A stretch of 64,000 nt of DNA, from positions 372,001 to 436,000 of the forward strand of contig LSRY02000061.1 in NCBI GenBank assembly GCA_001643675.2, in the 5' to 3' direction. The notes beneath the pieces were generated by a model. The model searched no databases and was not told where the DNA came from. It saw only the letters and a list, made by a program, of their open reading frames with translations. The stretch's first letter is position 1, and each line of letters begins with the position of its first letter. The translations under genes were made by a program, and so were the position numbers. Positions 11,553-25,074 of the stretch are shown here, one piece after another. This DNA is from Monocercomonoides exilis PA203. Taxonomy: Eukaryota; Protista; Preaxostyla.

Positions 11553-14500
11553 GGCAAGTTCCAAGTATGTGGACCATCGATAAATAATTTTTTTCATAAA
11601 TTATACGAAAGAAAACGTAATATTAATTAATTTAAAATTAGTTTTATTTGTCGAAAATGCACTGTTAATAACTTTCTATTTTTAATTTGATCTGTCCCAT
11701 AAATATTTTCAAACAATCATTGTTTTTTGTTCTTTCATTTTTTCTCAATTGGACACGTTACACATTTTTTCATTCGAGTTTTTGCAATGTTTATTTTTTG
11801 AGAAATACAAAAAAATAATATGTTAACTCTTTTCATTGTTTTTTCTGATGTATGAGCCCAATTCACTTTTTTCGTTTATTTCATCGATGATATTGATTCC
11901 CGTTCATTTTAAACCATCAGAATCTTTAGCAAAATAACATGCATAAATATAATTTTTATTTTGCATTACACTTTAAAAAGGAAAAACTTAAAAACAAAAA
12001 ATTCAAAGACGAAGAGGATTTTTCAACAGCCATTCTTCTATTGCGATCTTCTTCATTCAGCAGCGTCAACAACGGAGTTTTAAATCCGTGTTTTTCGATA
12101 TTCAATCTTTTGAACAGCTTCGAAGTCGAAGTTGTTGGATGCACGTTCCAAACAATTAAATCAGATGGATTCAAAAATGGAGGAGCTATGACTTTTGAGC
12201 TGAAAGTGGCAGATGGACATCTGAAGATGAGGAATGAAGGAGTGACGGACAGGATCTGCAGTAGTTCTGAAGGATCTGGGGGAGGAATCTATTTGACATG
12301 CACGACAAACAACAACGACACATACACATTTACGGAGATGAGTGTTTGAGGAAATAAGGCACACCAGGGAAGAGACATGTTCATTGTGGCGAATGATCTG
12401 AGGAAGGGAGTGAATTCTGAGTTGTTTGTGTTCGTTCAACTTTTAAAGGAAGAGAATGGATTTTGTATCTGAGCTGATGCAATTCGATCGATGGATTTTA
12501 TTTGTCTGATTTGGTGTTTTCTGAGAATAAAGCATTTGTTGGCAGAAACATGTTCATATTGAGCTCCGATTTGAATGCCTCTGTTGTCATTGGAAGGTTG
12601 ATGTTTGATTGGACTGAATGGAAAAACACAACAGCTTTCTTTGGGGCAGATGAAGTGAACTTTACAGAAGGCATATCTTTGGACAAGCTGCTGTTTGAGC
12701 ACACAGACACTTCTGTTGTTGTGTCGTCGAGTGGAAGAGACATCCACGGGTGCGGATCAGAAATGGAGCCTTGTCTGTCGTTTTGGGAAGGGATGAGGCA
12801 TTTCAAAGAAGGAATTCAGTTCAGAGAAATCAAAATCAACACAAGTGCTACCATTTCAGACGAGTGGGAACTTTCAAATAGCTCAATAAGCCCAGCTGTT
12901 CCTTCTTCTCCTGGCTATTCTTCTTCTTCCTCTTCTGATGAGCCTTCCTCAGATGAATGCACAATCAACGTGGGAAAGGTTATTCAATCTCTTTCTGAGC
13001 CTTCTGAGGCTGTGCTCACAAACAAGCTTGTGCTCACCTTCACCTCCATCAACTTCTGCCTGCCTTCGTCATTCGAAACATCGCAAAAGGAGCTTCTTTT
13101 CACTGAGACAGGAACAGCCACGCTTAACGAATGCTCATTTGCGATGCAGACAGCAGAAGAAGGTGTTGCTTTTGTGCTTTTCCATGTTTCGTCGGGGAAA
13201 CTTTCGATTGAAGAGTCCAAAATGGCCGAGCTATCCTTTGCGACATTGGCCATCCGACTTTCAGCACCCGCTGCACATTTTGTGGTAAACGCGTTTTCTG
13301 TTGATGTTCTGAATTTTGCAGATGGATCGTTTATTTCTGTGGGGGATGCAGAAGAGAAGGGGGATGAGGAATCAGTCTAATCAGGGAATGGCAAAGAAAC
13401 GAAAGCGAGCAAAGAAGCGATCGAAATCAGACTGGAGAATCTTCAGTGGCATCTCATCCGCAGATCAAATGTGAATGCATCGATCATTTCTCATGAAAGC
13501 GCGCTGTCTGATGCGCTGGAGATGGATAACTCGATATTCAGCGACTGCAACAGCGAGTCTCAGCTGGGAGGGGCGTTTCGTGTGTGGATGAAGGAGAAGG
13601 AGGGTGGGTTGGCTGACAGCTGGGCAAATGAGGGATGTATGCAAGTTAATATATCAACTTTTGAAGGGTGCGCATGTTCAACGACTGAGGGAAAAGGAGG
13701 AGCAATTGCATTGAATTGCTTGGACAATCCAGACAATTCAAATGTTACTTCTTCAAGTATTGTGAAAGGTCTGCCAATTTCTTTTCGCCAAGTCAGGTTT
13801 TCTTTAAACAGAGCTGAAGTTACGAAGGATCTTTTCATTGTCTGCCGATCGATTGCTGAGCAGATCAACGAGGCGCTGTTTGCGATGGACTTCAGCGAGT
13901 TAGCCTTTGACAGAGAAAATGCCATCTTCGGGATGGACAAAGAAAACGAGGAGCCAATTGATTTGGTGCCATTTATTGTGTTCTACAAGTCAGAGCGGAT
14001 ATTTGTTTCAGGGGAGAAAGGGAAGAACGAGAAGGACTGTGGGCGAAGTGAAGACCCGTGTGAGACGCTGAGCGAGGCTGTGCGGCATCTCAACGAAGGA
14101 TCATCTCAAAAAGTGTTTGTAATGGGAAAAGTTATTGTTTCAGTTGAAACAATCATTCATTCTGTGACAGTTCAGGCTGTTGGAAACACACAGACTGCGG
14201 TTATATTTGACTCGGAAATAACAAAATCAGATGAAAAATCGAATTATGTTATATCCTCTTGGCTGGAAAGCCAGTTTTTGAAGATAAACATCGCATTTGG
14301 ACCGGGGTTTGCTTCACCTCATCACTCTGTCTTTAGCGTGAGGAGTGGAAATCTGACGCTCAGTGATTGTTTCATAACCTTAGAAGAGTCTGCGCAGTTG
14401 GAAAACACCGTTATTTGTGTTGAGAGTCATTGTTTGTGTTTGAGCAATGTTTCGTTCTCAGCCATCCGCTTGCAGGCATCGAGGCAGCAGCCATCAGCAG

Positions 14501-15228
14501 AAGCATTTGGAGCAAAGCAATCTGAACAGTCTTCTTTTGCTTTGTCTTTGTAAGAGCCAGAAGCAGGAAATTCATTCTTTGAAGCATGCTCAGGTGCTGC
14601 TGTGGAGTTGCTTTGTATCAGCTTCAAAGAGCTATCTTTATTTGTCGTGTCGGGATATGCCACACAATCACCAAATTCATAATCAAGTGCAAGCCATACT
14701 TATATCAAAACTCACACAGGAACAGATGCTTGCTCTTAACAATTCTCTGGATTTCTTCCATAAAAGTTCTTGATTAAATTCAGTTTGAAAAATTTACCAG
14801 TTGTTCAAATATTGTTGAACATCAGTTAATAAAAGTATGCTTTCATTCAACGTAATTCAGATCCAAATTTTTGAAAAAGAAACAAACAAAAATAAATAAA
14901 ACACAAAGATTTAATTTGTTTTGAATAATAACTGTCAAAAATGATGATGTGAAAATATATCAAAAAGATAAAAGCAAATAATAAAAAATAAAACTATAAA
15001 ATTACTTGTTATGAGATGATAAAGCTCCAAGCCTTCATTAAAAATATTAAATAAAAACACGAAAGTTTAAAAAAATAATTATGGGATAGATCAAATGAAA
15101 AATGGAAAGTTTCAAACAATGCATTTTCGACAAATTAAACTAATTTATTATTCATTTATATAACATATTCTTTCGGTTACGATATAAGAAATATTTTTTA
15201 TCGATGGTCCACATACTTGGAACATGCC
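11553..15228. mobile_element. Non-autonomous long-TIR element (Pack-Merlin-like #2), 3676 bp, perfect 8-bp TSD
   Basis: TSD AATTTTTG at 11545-11552 and 15229-15236. TIRs GGCAAGTTCCAAGTATGTGGACCATCGATAAA... / ...TTTATCGATGGTCCACATACTTGGAACATGCC extend imperfectly for about 160 bp (11553-11714, 15065-15228). No transposase inside. Confidence 0.9.
11820..14777 (+). pseudogene. Cargo of element #2: Cys-containing repetitive (beta-helix-like) surface-protein gene with stops and frameshifts
   Basis: Consecutive ORFs 11939-12349, 12502-13380 and 13471-14553 carry recurring modules (G.GGGIYL / GKGGAIAL, G(K/R)(D/N)MFI, CGSEMEPC / CGRSEDPC). They are broken by single stops (12347, 13378, 14551) and frameshifts. 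Confidence 0.75.
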
Positions 15229-15311
15229 AATTTTTGATCTATAGCGACTTTTCAAAAATAAATTTCCATATGAAACTTTTTGAAAATTTTGAAAATTCAA
15301 CAAAACGATAA

Positions 15312-15688
15312 CAGATATCGCACAAAATACCGGACAAGATCGAATTCACAACAACTGTAAGAAGAAAAATTCTTACTATTTTCCTCAAAATTCATCTCAA
15401 TGATTCAAACTCAATTGATAAACGAGACTTTTCAAATAGCTTCGCTTGAGCTCAGAAAAAATATATATCGAAATCTCGGAGAAACTCAAAATCCTATTTT
15501 TCCGAGATTTTAAAAATATTTTATTCTGAGCACAAATGTAGCTATTCATTAAGTTTCGTTTATCAAATGAGTTTGTCCTGATGAGATGTATTTTGAGGAA
15601 AATTGTCAGAATTATTCCTCTAACAGTTGTTGTGAATTAGATCTTGTCCGGTATTTTGTGCGATGTCCGGTATCTTATGCGATATCTA
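15312..15688. mobile_element. Fully palindromic MITE / foldback element (about 375 bp)
   Basis: Arms GATATCGCACAAAATACCGGACAAGATCGAATTCACAACAACTGT / ACAGTTGTTGTGAATTAGATCTTGTCCGGTATTTTGTGCGA pair inward to about 15480/15500. A 19-bp unit is duplicated in tandem at the right end. Confidence 0.8.
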
Positions 15689-16164
15689 TATTTGATATTT
15701 TTTTGCAAAAAAGAAAGAAAGAAAGAAAGAACGAAAGAATAAAAGAAAAAACCATCTCAATACAAAATAATAAGTTTCATTCATACGTGTGATTGATTTA
15801 TCATTAATTTTTAACAAAATGTTGTGTTATCCAAAAAATCTTTTCAATGAAATATTTTCTTTTGGGATAAAAATGTTGAGTTTTTTTTCTTTTTTGCAAT
15901 TTAATAAAAACAAAATATTCATTATATTTTTATTTGAAGAATGTCAGATGAAGCATCTGATTTTGTCACGTCTTTAAGAGAAAGGGCTCTTCGAGCAAAA
16001 AATTCAAAACAAAAAGAATCTGAAAATTAGTTTGCAATCATTATCCTGAAAGATTTTAGTAATTTTTTTTTTAATTTTTTGCTATTTTGTTATGAAATGT
16101 GCGTTGAAATTGCAGTTCCATTAAAAATGCAACAAAAAGACGTCAACATGTGTATGATGGGAAA

Positions 16165-19100
16165 ATGGATGCTCAAATCTTTTCAAGAAAGAATCCAACA
16201 CCGAAAATAATTCCAGGATATCTCAGAGGTTTTTTCTTTGTGGGTCATTTTATAAAATGTATTAATATTATTTATCTGAAATAAAAAAGTGAATCCAAAA
16301 TTTCTAACGCAAGCTGAAATTGCTCAAAAAAAGCAACAGGCTGCGGAATCAAAGACAAGAGCACAGAAGTGCATTGAAAAAGCAGAAGCGCTGTTGTCTA
16401 AAGATCTTCGACAACTTATGGAAATCGAAGGAAATGAAGAAACTTCAAAAATAAGAGTTTATGCTCTTCCAGAATTTAATCTTGCTAAAAGCGATGCCAA
16501 TGATCTCAAAGGAGGAGACGACTTGTTTTTATCTCAACTTCGTTTGAGCATTTCGACTCTTATTGGAAATTTACGATTTGAAGAGAGATCAGAAATGTTG
16601 AGTGAATTGAATGAATGGCTGAGTGACCACAGCGTGTCAAAGCAACCAATTCCTACTTTGACGGATATTTCTTCTTTTCCTTTTGATAACAGCTTTGCTG
16701 TTTTGAAAGATGCAAAAAATGCTAACGGATCTATGAACGAATTTGAATCAGCAAGCGACATTAATTTGAAGGAATCTTCTTCAAACCCTGTTTCATTTCA
16801 AAAAAACGAGGAAAGTCAAAAAGAGGACGGCTTGAAAGAACAAGTGCATAAACATCCGATTATACAGGTTCCAGTATCTTTATCACATTCTGTGAATACT
16901 CCGACTTCAGATGCAACGCCTTTGTTGTCGCTCACTCCACTCAATGCGATGGAAGATAGAGAAAGAAGCAAAGATAGAAAAAGAGAAGAGAAAAATAGCT
17001 TAAATGAATTACCTGAAAATAATATGGAAGATGGAAAAGGTGATGCTTCCATTGAAAAGGAAAAAATTGATGAAGAAGAAAGCTCAAAAGCTGAAGCAAA
17101 AGCGAATGATAGAAAAAATGAAAGCGTTGATGACGACAAAGAAGAGGGAGCTGGTGAGGAATATCCCATTCGTGTTCGCGAAATTGAAGCAGAGGAAAAG
17201 AAAGAGCAGCTCGACAGCATTGAAGCTTGGATTAAGCAGCTGAGCGAGGAAATCAGTTGCATATGGGAGAAATGGACTGAGGTGCAGAAACAAGCAAGTG
17301 GTATGCTGGAAATGGATTTTAAAAGAGAAACAAAATTAACAATAGATTAGAATAGAAAGAGAAAGAAAGAATGAAAGAGAAAGAAATATTTTCAAAAAAG
17401 TTCGAAATTTAAACGATTTTTTAATGATTTTTGAACGAAACAATCAAACCCACAAAACAATTTCTTTTCAATCGTATCTAAAAAATAATCTTATTGTTTT
17501 TGGATTTTTATTTTAATTTTCACTTTAAAATAATACTATTTTCCTCCCTAATTTATTCTAATTTGTGTATGCATTTTGAACATGTTTCATAATTTATTCT
17601 TTTTTATTTCTTTCAGAACTTCAGAATATTGAGCGAGTGATCCAACTTCGCCAGTCAGAAATAGAAGAAGAAGCCAACAAAGCAAACGAAGAAGGCGAAG
17701 CTGAAGAAAAAGAAAGAGCTTTCAAAAACAAGAAAAACACAAGAAAGACGATGGGAAAAAGACTTCTTCAGAGTGAAACAAAAGAAGAAGCAGAAGCAGA
17801 AGATGAAGAGGAAGAGGAAGATGAAACAAACGAGAAAGACAAAAAACCTTCCAAACGCGATTTATTTTTTCTTCAGCAGCGACAGAAACTGCTTCTGATG
17901 CAGAAGAACACACAAGCCTTGGAAGAGACGCTGATTGAGCTGCAGACGAAGATAAACGAGAAAGAAAGAGAGCGAAAAGAGCTTCAGCTGATTTATGAAG
18001 AGCACTTGAACCGCCTGGTGATAGGCACACATGGCAGAGGAGAGGGAGACAAAGACGCTGAAAGGAAGGAGAAGAATGCGAAGAAGAAGAAAGAGAGAGA
18101 GAGAGGGACAGAAGCAGAGCGGGTGCTGTATGAGAAGGCGCAGATTGAAGGGAGGATGAAGCGGATGGCAGTGCGGCTGAAGGAGAAAAGAGGCGAAATT
18201 CAGCTGCTTCTGCGGCAGATGCAGTCGTTTGGCGGAGATGAGCAGATCCGAATGATACTTGCCTCAGCCAGCTCCTCTGCTTCCTCTTCTTCTTCAGCCT
18301 CTTCTCTCCTTCTGGACGATCCACTTTTTGTCTCTTCGTCGCTGTCGCTGGCAGAGCTGGATGAAATTCTCAGGTTTGATGAGAGAGTGAGTGTGGCTGT
18401 GCAGACAACAAACAAGAGAGACGAGGCGAGTGGAAGCGAAAGAACACCCAGATCGCCTTTTGCCTCGTCGTCACGAGCAGAATGGAGAAGCAGAGAGAGA
18501 TCAGCAAGATCAGCCAAGTCGCTGAGTGTGCATTCACCACTGTTGATGCAGAAAGGTTTGTGCTATTTTCTCATTGATGAAGAGAGAATATGAGTGAGAG
18601 TATGGAAGAATGAATTTGTTTATGCAAATATGTAGTTATGAGAGATAAACATATTTCAATCATATTATTGCTTTCGTTTTAATTTTTTATATTTGATTGC
18701 AATTTATTAACTTGTGAATATTTTTCTAAATATGTTATTGGATTCTCATTTAAATACAAAAGGAGATGAAGACGACATAACAGAAAACGGAAGCACCAAA
18801 GGCAATGCCAATGATCAGTTTGAAGAAGACGAGTTGCTTTTCTCGCAGCCTCCATTTTCAGCTGATTCAGTTGTGAATGAGATCTTTGCAGAAGAGCAGG
18901 AAAAAGACGAGGAAGGAAATTTTGTGTTTGGAACGAATGAAGTAAATGTGGATATTTTGATGAGGAGGAGAGCGGACCTGCTGAAGATGCTGATGAAAGC
19001 AAGTGCGCTGGCTGAAGAGAAGAGAGAGAGGAAGAACAGAATCGACGAATGGGAACGAGAACGGAAGGAACGAAGGAGCAGAAGCAGAAGAAGCACAAAG

Positions 19101-21357
19101 AAAGGAGAAGGAGAAGGAGGAGAAGATGAGGATGATGAAGGGAATGAAGAAGGAATCAGATCTCGTGACAGGCCAATTCCTCGTTCTTTTGCAGGTGTTT
19201 CTGCTTCTGCTGAAAGGGATGATTCAGATTTTGATGAGCGGTCATATGAAAAGCTGAAGAGAACAATTGAAGTTGTGGATGAAGATGGAAATGTTGTTGA
19301 TTTGAAGGGTTTGTCACCGAAAGAGAGGGAGAGGCAGATTGAAGCTGCATACAACAGCGGAAGAGCAGTGACAACAGGAGGAATGAAAATGGGGAGGAGA
19401 AAGAAGGGAAGAAGGGAAGGGAAGGAAGGGAAGGATGAAAAGGATGAAAAGGAAAGAAGAAAGAGAAGAAAGAGAATGAAGGAGGAAGGAGAAGATGAAG
19501 GAGAAGGAGAAGGAAGAGAAGGAGAAGAAAATTCTAGTTCTGAATCTGATTTGGGATTTGGTGTTGTTAAGGAAAGAGAGTTTAACAGAGCAGCAACAGC
19601 AGATGAAATCAGAAGAATGAAAAAGAGAAAACACAAAGAGAAAGAGAGAGAAAGAGAAAGAGAAGGATCAATTATCAGTGAAAGTGCTGAATCAAATGGA
19701 GATGAGAAAGAAGAAGGAGAATATGAAGGATTGGATGGGAAGAGAGAAAGAGAAAGAAGGAAAAGGAAACATTCAAAAAATCAAAGAACAAAAAGGGGAG
19801 AAGAAGAAGAGGAAGAGAACAAAAAAAAAGAGCAAACAGAAAGAATGAATAAACAAAGACGAATGACACCACACAGAAAATCAGAGAAAGAAATGAAAGA
19901 GAATGAGAGGAGGAAAAGGAAGAGAAGGAAGAGAAGCGAAAATGGAGAAGAAGAGGGAGAAGAAGAAGATGATGAGAAGAGGCGGAGAAGAAGAATAGGA
20001 AAAGACACATTATCTATCATTTCATCATCATCTTCTTCTTCCTCATCATCTTCCTCTTCTTCTTCTGACAATTCTGCCCCATTTCCATCTTCTCCTCTTT
20101 CTCCCAGCGATCTTTCGCCCTCTTCCTCCTCCTCCTCCTCCTCCTCTTCTTCTTTCTCTGACTTCCCTTATTCCTCATCGGACTCTTCATCTGATTCCTT
20201 TTCTGACTCGTTCTTCTCAAAATCATCAGAAAAACGTCATTTGCACAGCGAAGACGGAGAAAGCAGCACAAACAGAAGCGATTTGAGTGGAGAATCGCTT
20301 CTTTCGCATTCGATTTCATTTTATTCGACACATCAGTCAGATTATGAGGATGAAGAGGAAGGAAAAGAGGGAGAAGGAAGAGGAGGAGAAGAATTCGAGA
20401 GAAAAGAGATGAAAAGAGATGAAGAAAGAGAAGAGAAGGAAGAGAAGGATGAAGAAGAAAGCAAAGAAGACGATGAAGTTAAACAGAAAGAGTCGAAAGA
20501 AAAAAGAGAAAATAACATAAAAAAAAGGAAGCTTGATCGACTTTTGAGAGAAAGAGGATATGTTTTTGATGAAAAGCAGCACATTTATGAGAAAGAAGGA
20601 GAGAATCATTTGGATGGTGAAGGAGATGAAAGAGAAGAGAAAGAGAAAGAAGGAAAAGGAATAGGAATAGGAGAAAGAGGTGGAAGAAATGAAGAAGAAG
20701 AAGAGAGAGAGTTTAGAAGGCATTCGACTTCAAAAGGAAAAGAAGAAGACGAAACGAGAAAGAAAGACTCAGATGGCAAACAAACTGAACAAGAACAAGA
20801 GAATGGGAATGTTCAACAACGAACATTGAGTTATTCTCAATTGAATTCTTCTTCTTCTTCTTCTTCTGATTTGGCAGATAACATTACATCGCCAAATGGA
20901 TGGAACAACATATCTTCTGATGGACAGTCAAATTTCAATGAAAATGAGGAAAATGCAGAAAACACTCAAAATGAACAGCAGGGATTCAATTTAGGAAGTG
21001 CAAAACATTCAACCAATAATCTTGCCAAAGGAGAATCAGAACAAGGCAGCAGCAGCGAGCAGGAAAAGACGATTGGAACGAGGATGTTCTCATCTTCCAA
21101 ATTAGGCACACAAATAAATACTCAAATGGATAAGAATGGCTTTTCAGCAGAAAATGAAAGAGGAACAAAAACGTTGTCTCGTTCGTCTTCTTCTGCTGCT
21201 GTTGCAAATGGGAAAGGAAAAATGACAGCAAATGTGAAAGAACAAGGCGAAATTGAAGGAGAAGAGAAAAGAGGAGAATCCGAAGGCAGAATGCAAATAC
21301 AACAGATAGACATCAATCCAGCATTCCCATCCGCTCCACAGCATTCATACAACACTC

Positions 21358-21388
<31 letters not shown>

Positions 21389-23874
21389 TTATCATCAGCC
21401 TCTTCTTCATAACAATTCTTCATCCTCCTCTTCTTCCTCTTCTTCCTGTCCTCCTGTCTCCTCCTTCTCTCCCCAGCACTTCCTCACCCCCTTCATCGAT
21501 GCCTTCTTCTCTCTCCGCCAGAAAGAAGTGCTTCCTTCCATGCGGCAGACACTCAGCGCCAATGGAGACATAGACAAAGCCCTCAAAGTGATGCAAGCAG
21601 TCGTCCTTCTCTCTCTCTCTTCTCTTCACGACAGCCTCTCATCCCTCCTCAAAGCACAGCCTCAGCTGCAGCAGAAGAAGCAGGCGTTGGTTCCTGTGTA
21701 TGAGATCAGCAGGCTGTTTAGAGAGCTCTACAGAGAAATGGACGAGGAACGAGGGAGAATTCAGAAGGACTGCACGTGGCTGACGAGGCAGATGCACTTA
21801 AATTCTAACCATATTACGCGAGTGCTGGAGAGGAGGCTGCTCGACAACCCGAAATTTGCTCTGTTTGCGAGAGAACAAGCAATGGCAGAGGGAAACAATG
21901 TGAATGAAAGGAATGAGATGAAGGAAATGAATGAAGGGAATGAAGAAACAGCGGATCCTTCTTCAAATGCTCAATTGGCTTCTCCTCTTTCTCCTCTTTC
22001 ACCTTCTTCTTCTTCTTCCTCTTCTTCTCCTTTTGCATCTGATATCAGCAACACAAGTCAAGAGAGAATGCCAAACAACTCACAAATTCGCAGCACTTCT
22101 CAATCTCCTCCTCGTTTTGCACCTCTTTCGCCTTCTTCGTCTTCTCCTATTTCTGCTGTTTCATCACGTTCATCACCCAGCCTTCCATTGGATGTAACTT
22201 CTCCAAAACAATCTTCATCTTCTCAACAATATTTTCCCTCCAATTTTCCTGTTATTCTTTCTCCAACATCTCCATCATCATCATCTTCTTCTTCTTCTTC
22301 AACATCTTCCTCTTCATCCTCTTCCGATAACATCCCTCCAACATTGCTATCTCCACAACTTCCTCCTTCTTCCTCCTTCGCAGCAATTCTGTCAGAAATA
22401 CTCAACGCCAAAGACAATTCCAAAACACACCCAAAAAGAACAGCAGAGAAACAAGAAGAGAAAACCACTTCAGACGAAGCAGCTGATGAAGAGAGGGAAA
22501 GCTGTGAGGGCATTGTGAATGAGAGGGAGGTGCTCAACAGCATCATTCTGCGCACAAACAGACGGATAGCACGGGGAGGAGAGACAGAAAAGGGGATAAA
22601 AGAACTGCAGGAGTCTTTGGCACATGCGATGAATCAGTTGGCATTCTGGGCGAATGAAAGCGACAAGGGAAGGCTGCTCGACGCAATTGTCAGTTCGAAG
22701 CTGGGGAAGAAGGGAGAAGAGAAAGGGAAAGAGAAAGGGAAAGGGAAAGGGAAGGATTTTACTTCTTTTCCTTCTTTCTCTTCTTTTCCTTCTTCTGTGT
22801 TGGTAAATCGAACTGTGGGTGATGGTGTAGGCAGGATGAAAGGATCATCAGATGCAAGTGATCTTCCATTGATGAGGATATCGTTTCTGACGAAGGAAGG
22901 AGCGAAAACAAAAGGAGATGCAACAGAAGAAGGAGAAGAAGGAGAAGAGGGAGAAAATGATGAAGATGGGAGAAGAGACAGAGAGAGAAGGAGAGAGAGA
23001 GAAAGAACGAAGCGTGACAGATTCGATGAAGGCAACCCACGACTCGAAGAGAAGAGAGTGAGAGAAAGGCTGAAGAGAGATTTGAATGCGCATCTGCAAA
23101 GAAGTAAAAAACAGCAGAAGAACAAACAAAACATCACAAACACAGAAAAGGAAGGAGGAAAAGGCAACAAAAGCAGTTTGGCTGCTGGAACTTCTGTTGA
23201 TTCGTCGCTGGATGACTTTTGCATCGGAAAGCGCTCACAAACAGAAACAGCAGAAACGCAAAGCAGGACAATGAGGTTGATTACGAGGAGCTTTTTGAAT
23301 GGAATGAACGGGAGAGAAAACAATTCTATGGTTAGATCTTCATATTCATTCACGCCTCCTCCTCATTCATCATCATCATCATTCTCTTCCTCTTCCTCTT
23401 CTTCTTCTTCTTCTTCCTTTTCAGACGCTTCACAAAGCAATCAGTTGTGCTTTTCAGGTGCCATTCGCACAACAACACCACAACAGCCAGACAAATCACT
23501 TCAACCAAATGGAACCATTTCATCATCATCTTCCTCCTCCTCCTCCTCCTCTTCTTCTTCTTCTTCTTCTGACATTTCATCCAATCAGACACGAGATAAT
23601 TCTACAGTACCCATTTTAGATTCGACAATTAACATTTCAGAATTCATGCCATCTTCCTTCTCTTCCTCTTCTTCTGCTTCTGCTTCATTTCCTTTTTCTT
23701 CTCCTTCTTCTGTGAATGCAAAAGGATTTTTGAAGGAGAAAGAAGACAGAAGTTTTGATATGCTTGATGACTTCCTTCTTCTTCCTTCGATTCATACACA
23801 TTCTGTTTCGCAGCCATCTTCTGCTCTTCCTTTGACCCCCACTCGTTCTGTTTCTCCTTTTGCATCTTTTTCAC

Positions 23875-23912
<38 letters not shown>

Positions 23913-24749
23913 ACTTCTTCTTCTTCTTCTTCTTCCTCTTCTCGAAATGAATGTGTTTCATCTGATTCAACTTCCATTTCACCCCATCCCACACAACAAA
24001 CCTCTTCATCATCATCATCTTCTTCTTCTTTCATTTCATCTTCTCATCCACTTGACAATTCAATTTGCGTCAGCAAGTCGCTCAACATTCCATCATCTCA
24101 TCCATCCACAAAGCAATCACCTTCCATTCCTTCATCGTCTTCTTCCTCTTCTTCCTCTTCTTCCCCTTCCTCTGCTCTCTTCCGCTCTTCTTCCCCGTCT
24201 TTCCTCTCTCCTTCATCTTCCTTCCATTCGCCTGTCAATTCATCTGTCAATTCTCGTCCTTTCACTTCGCAAGGACAGCTCTCCACAAACACACAACGCC
24301 ATTCTGTGACTCATCTGCCTCCTCTTTCCACTTCAACTCAGCTGCCCCTCAAAAGCGCTTCTACCTCTGCTCGCCCATTCACTTCATCGCCTTCTACCAT
24401 TTCATCATCATCATCTTCAACATCTTCTTCTTCTTCTTCTTCACTTCGTCCTTCTTATTCCTCCACTCCAACTCCAACTGTCTTTCTTCGCCGTTCTCAA
24501 TCACCTGCTGTTGGCTCATCTGCTTCGCGTTCATCTTCTCCTTCTCTGATGCACACCCGCCTTCCTCCACTCCATCCAAACAAGTCCAGTTCAACCAAAT
24601 CTGCCACTTGCTCTCAATCTTCTCAGTCATCTTCAACAACAACAGCAGCAACAAACGTATCTCCTCATCTTTTTGCTTCATCTCCTGGTTTTTCTTTGTC
24701 GCAAATATCATCTGACGAATGGCATCTGATGCCTTCTGTCTCACATTAG
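16165..24749 (+). CDS. Very large low-complexity / coiled-coil hypothetical protein (4 predicted exons)
   Basis: Exons at about 16165-16228, 16290-17300, 17617-18555 and 18763-24749, joined by GT-AG introns. Long open frames rich in E/K/R and poly-Ser. Confidence 0.75.
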
Positions 24750-25074
24750 TATTGTTTCTTCATTTTGGATTGCTATTAATTTGCTTTTGTGATATCTTGT
24801 TTTGTTGAAAATATATTTTTTTTAAAATAGATTACAGTTGGAGAAGGAATATTAAAGATGAAACTGTATTAATTGTTTGATATGGAATTTTTAAATGTTG
24901 TGCGAATACATAAATAAAATGTCTCAATGGAGAATAATCAGAATTTGTTTGAGAAAAATACAAGTTTCAAAAAAACAAATTCTCCGCTAATAAATAAAAA
25001 TGTTGTGGAAAAGATCCAATAACTGTGAAAATTTGGCACTCATTAGTTTCAAAGCATTTATTAAATAAAGTTAA

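Noticed and set aside
5188-15267. A 10-kb element bounded by ATAT|GGGTCACTCTTTTTGAAAAGTCGC and GCGACTTTTCAAAAATAAATTTCC|ATAT
   Set aside because: Only about 18 of 24 bases match, between ends of an abundant MITE family, and the right end also has a local partner at about 11515. This cannot be distinguished from chance pairing.
18815-24744. Numerous antisense and alternate-frame ORFs over the large genes
   Set aside because: They are shadow ORFs caused by low-complexity codon usage.
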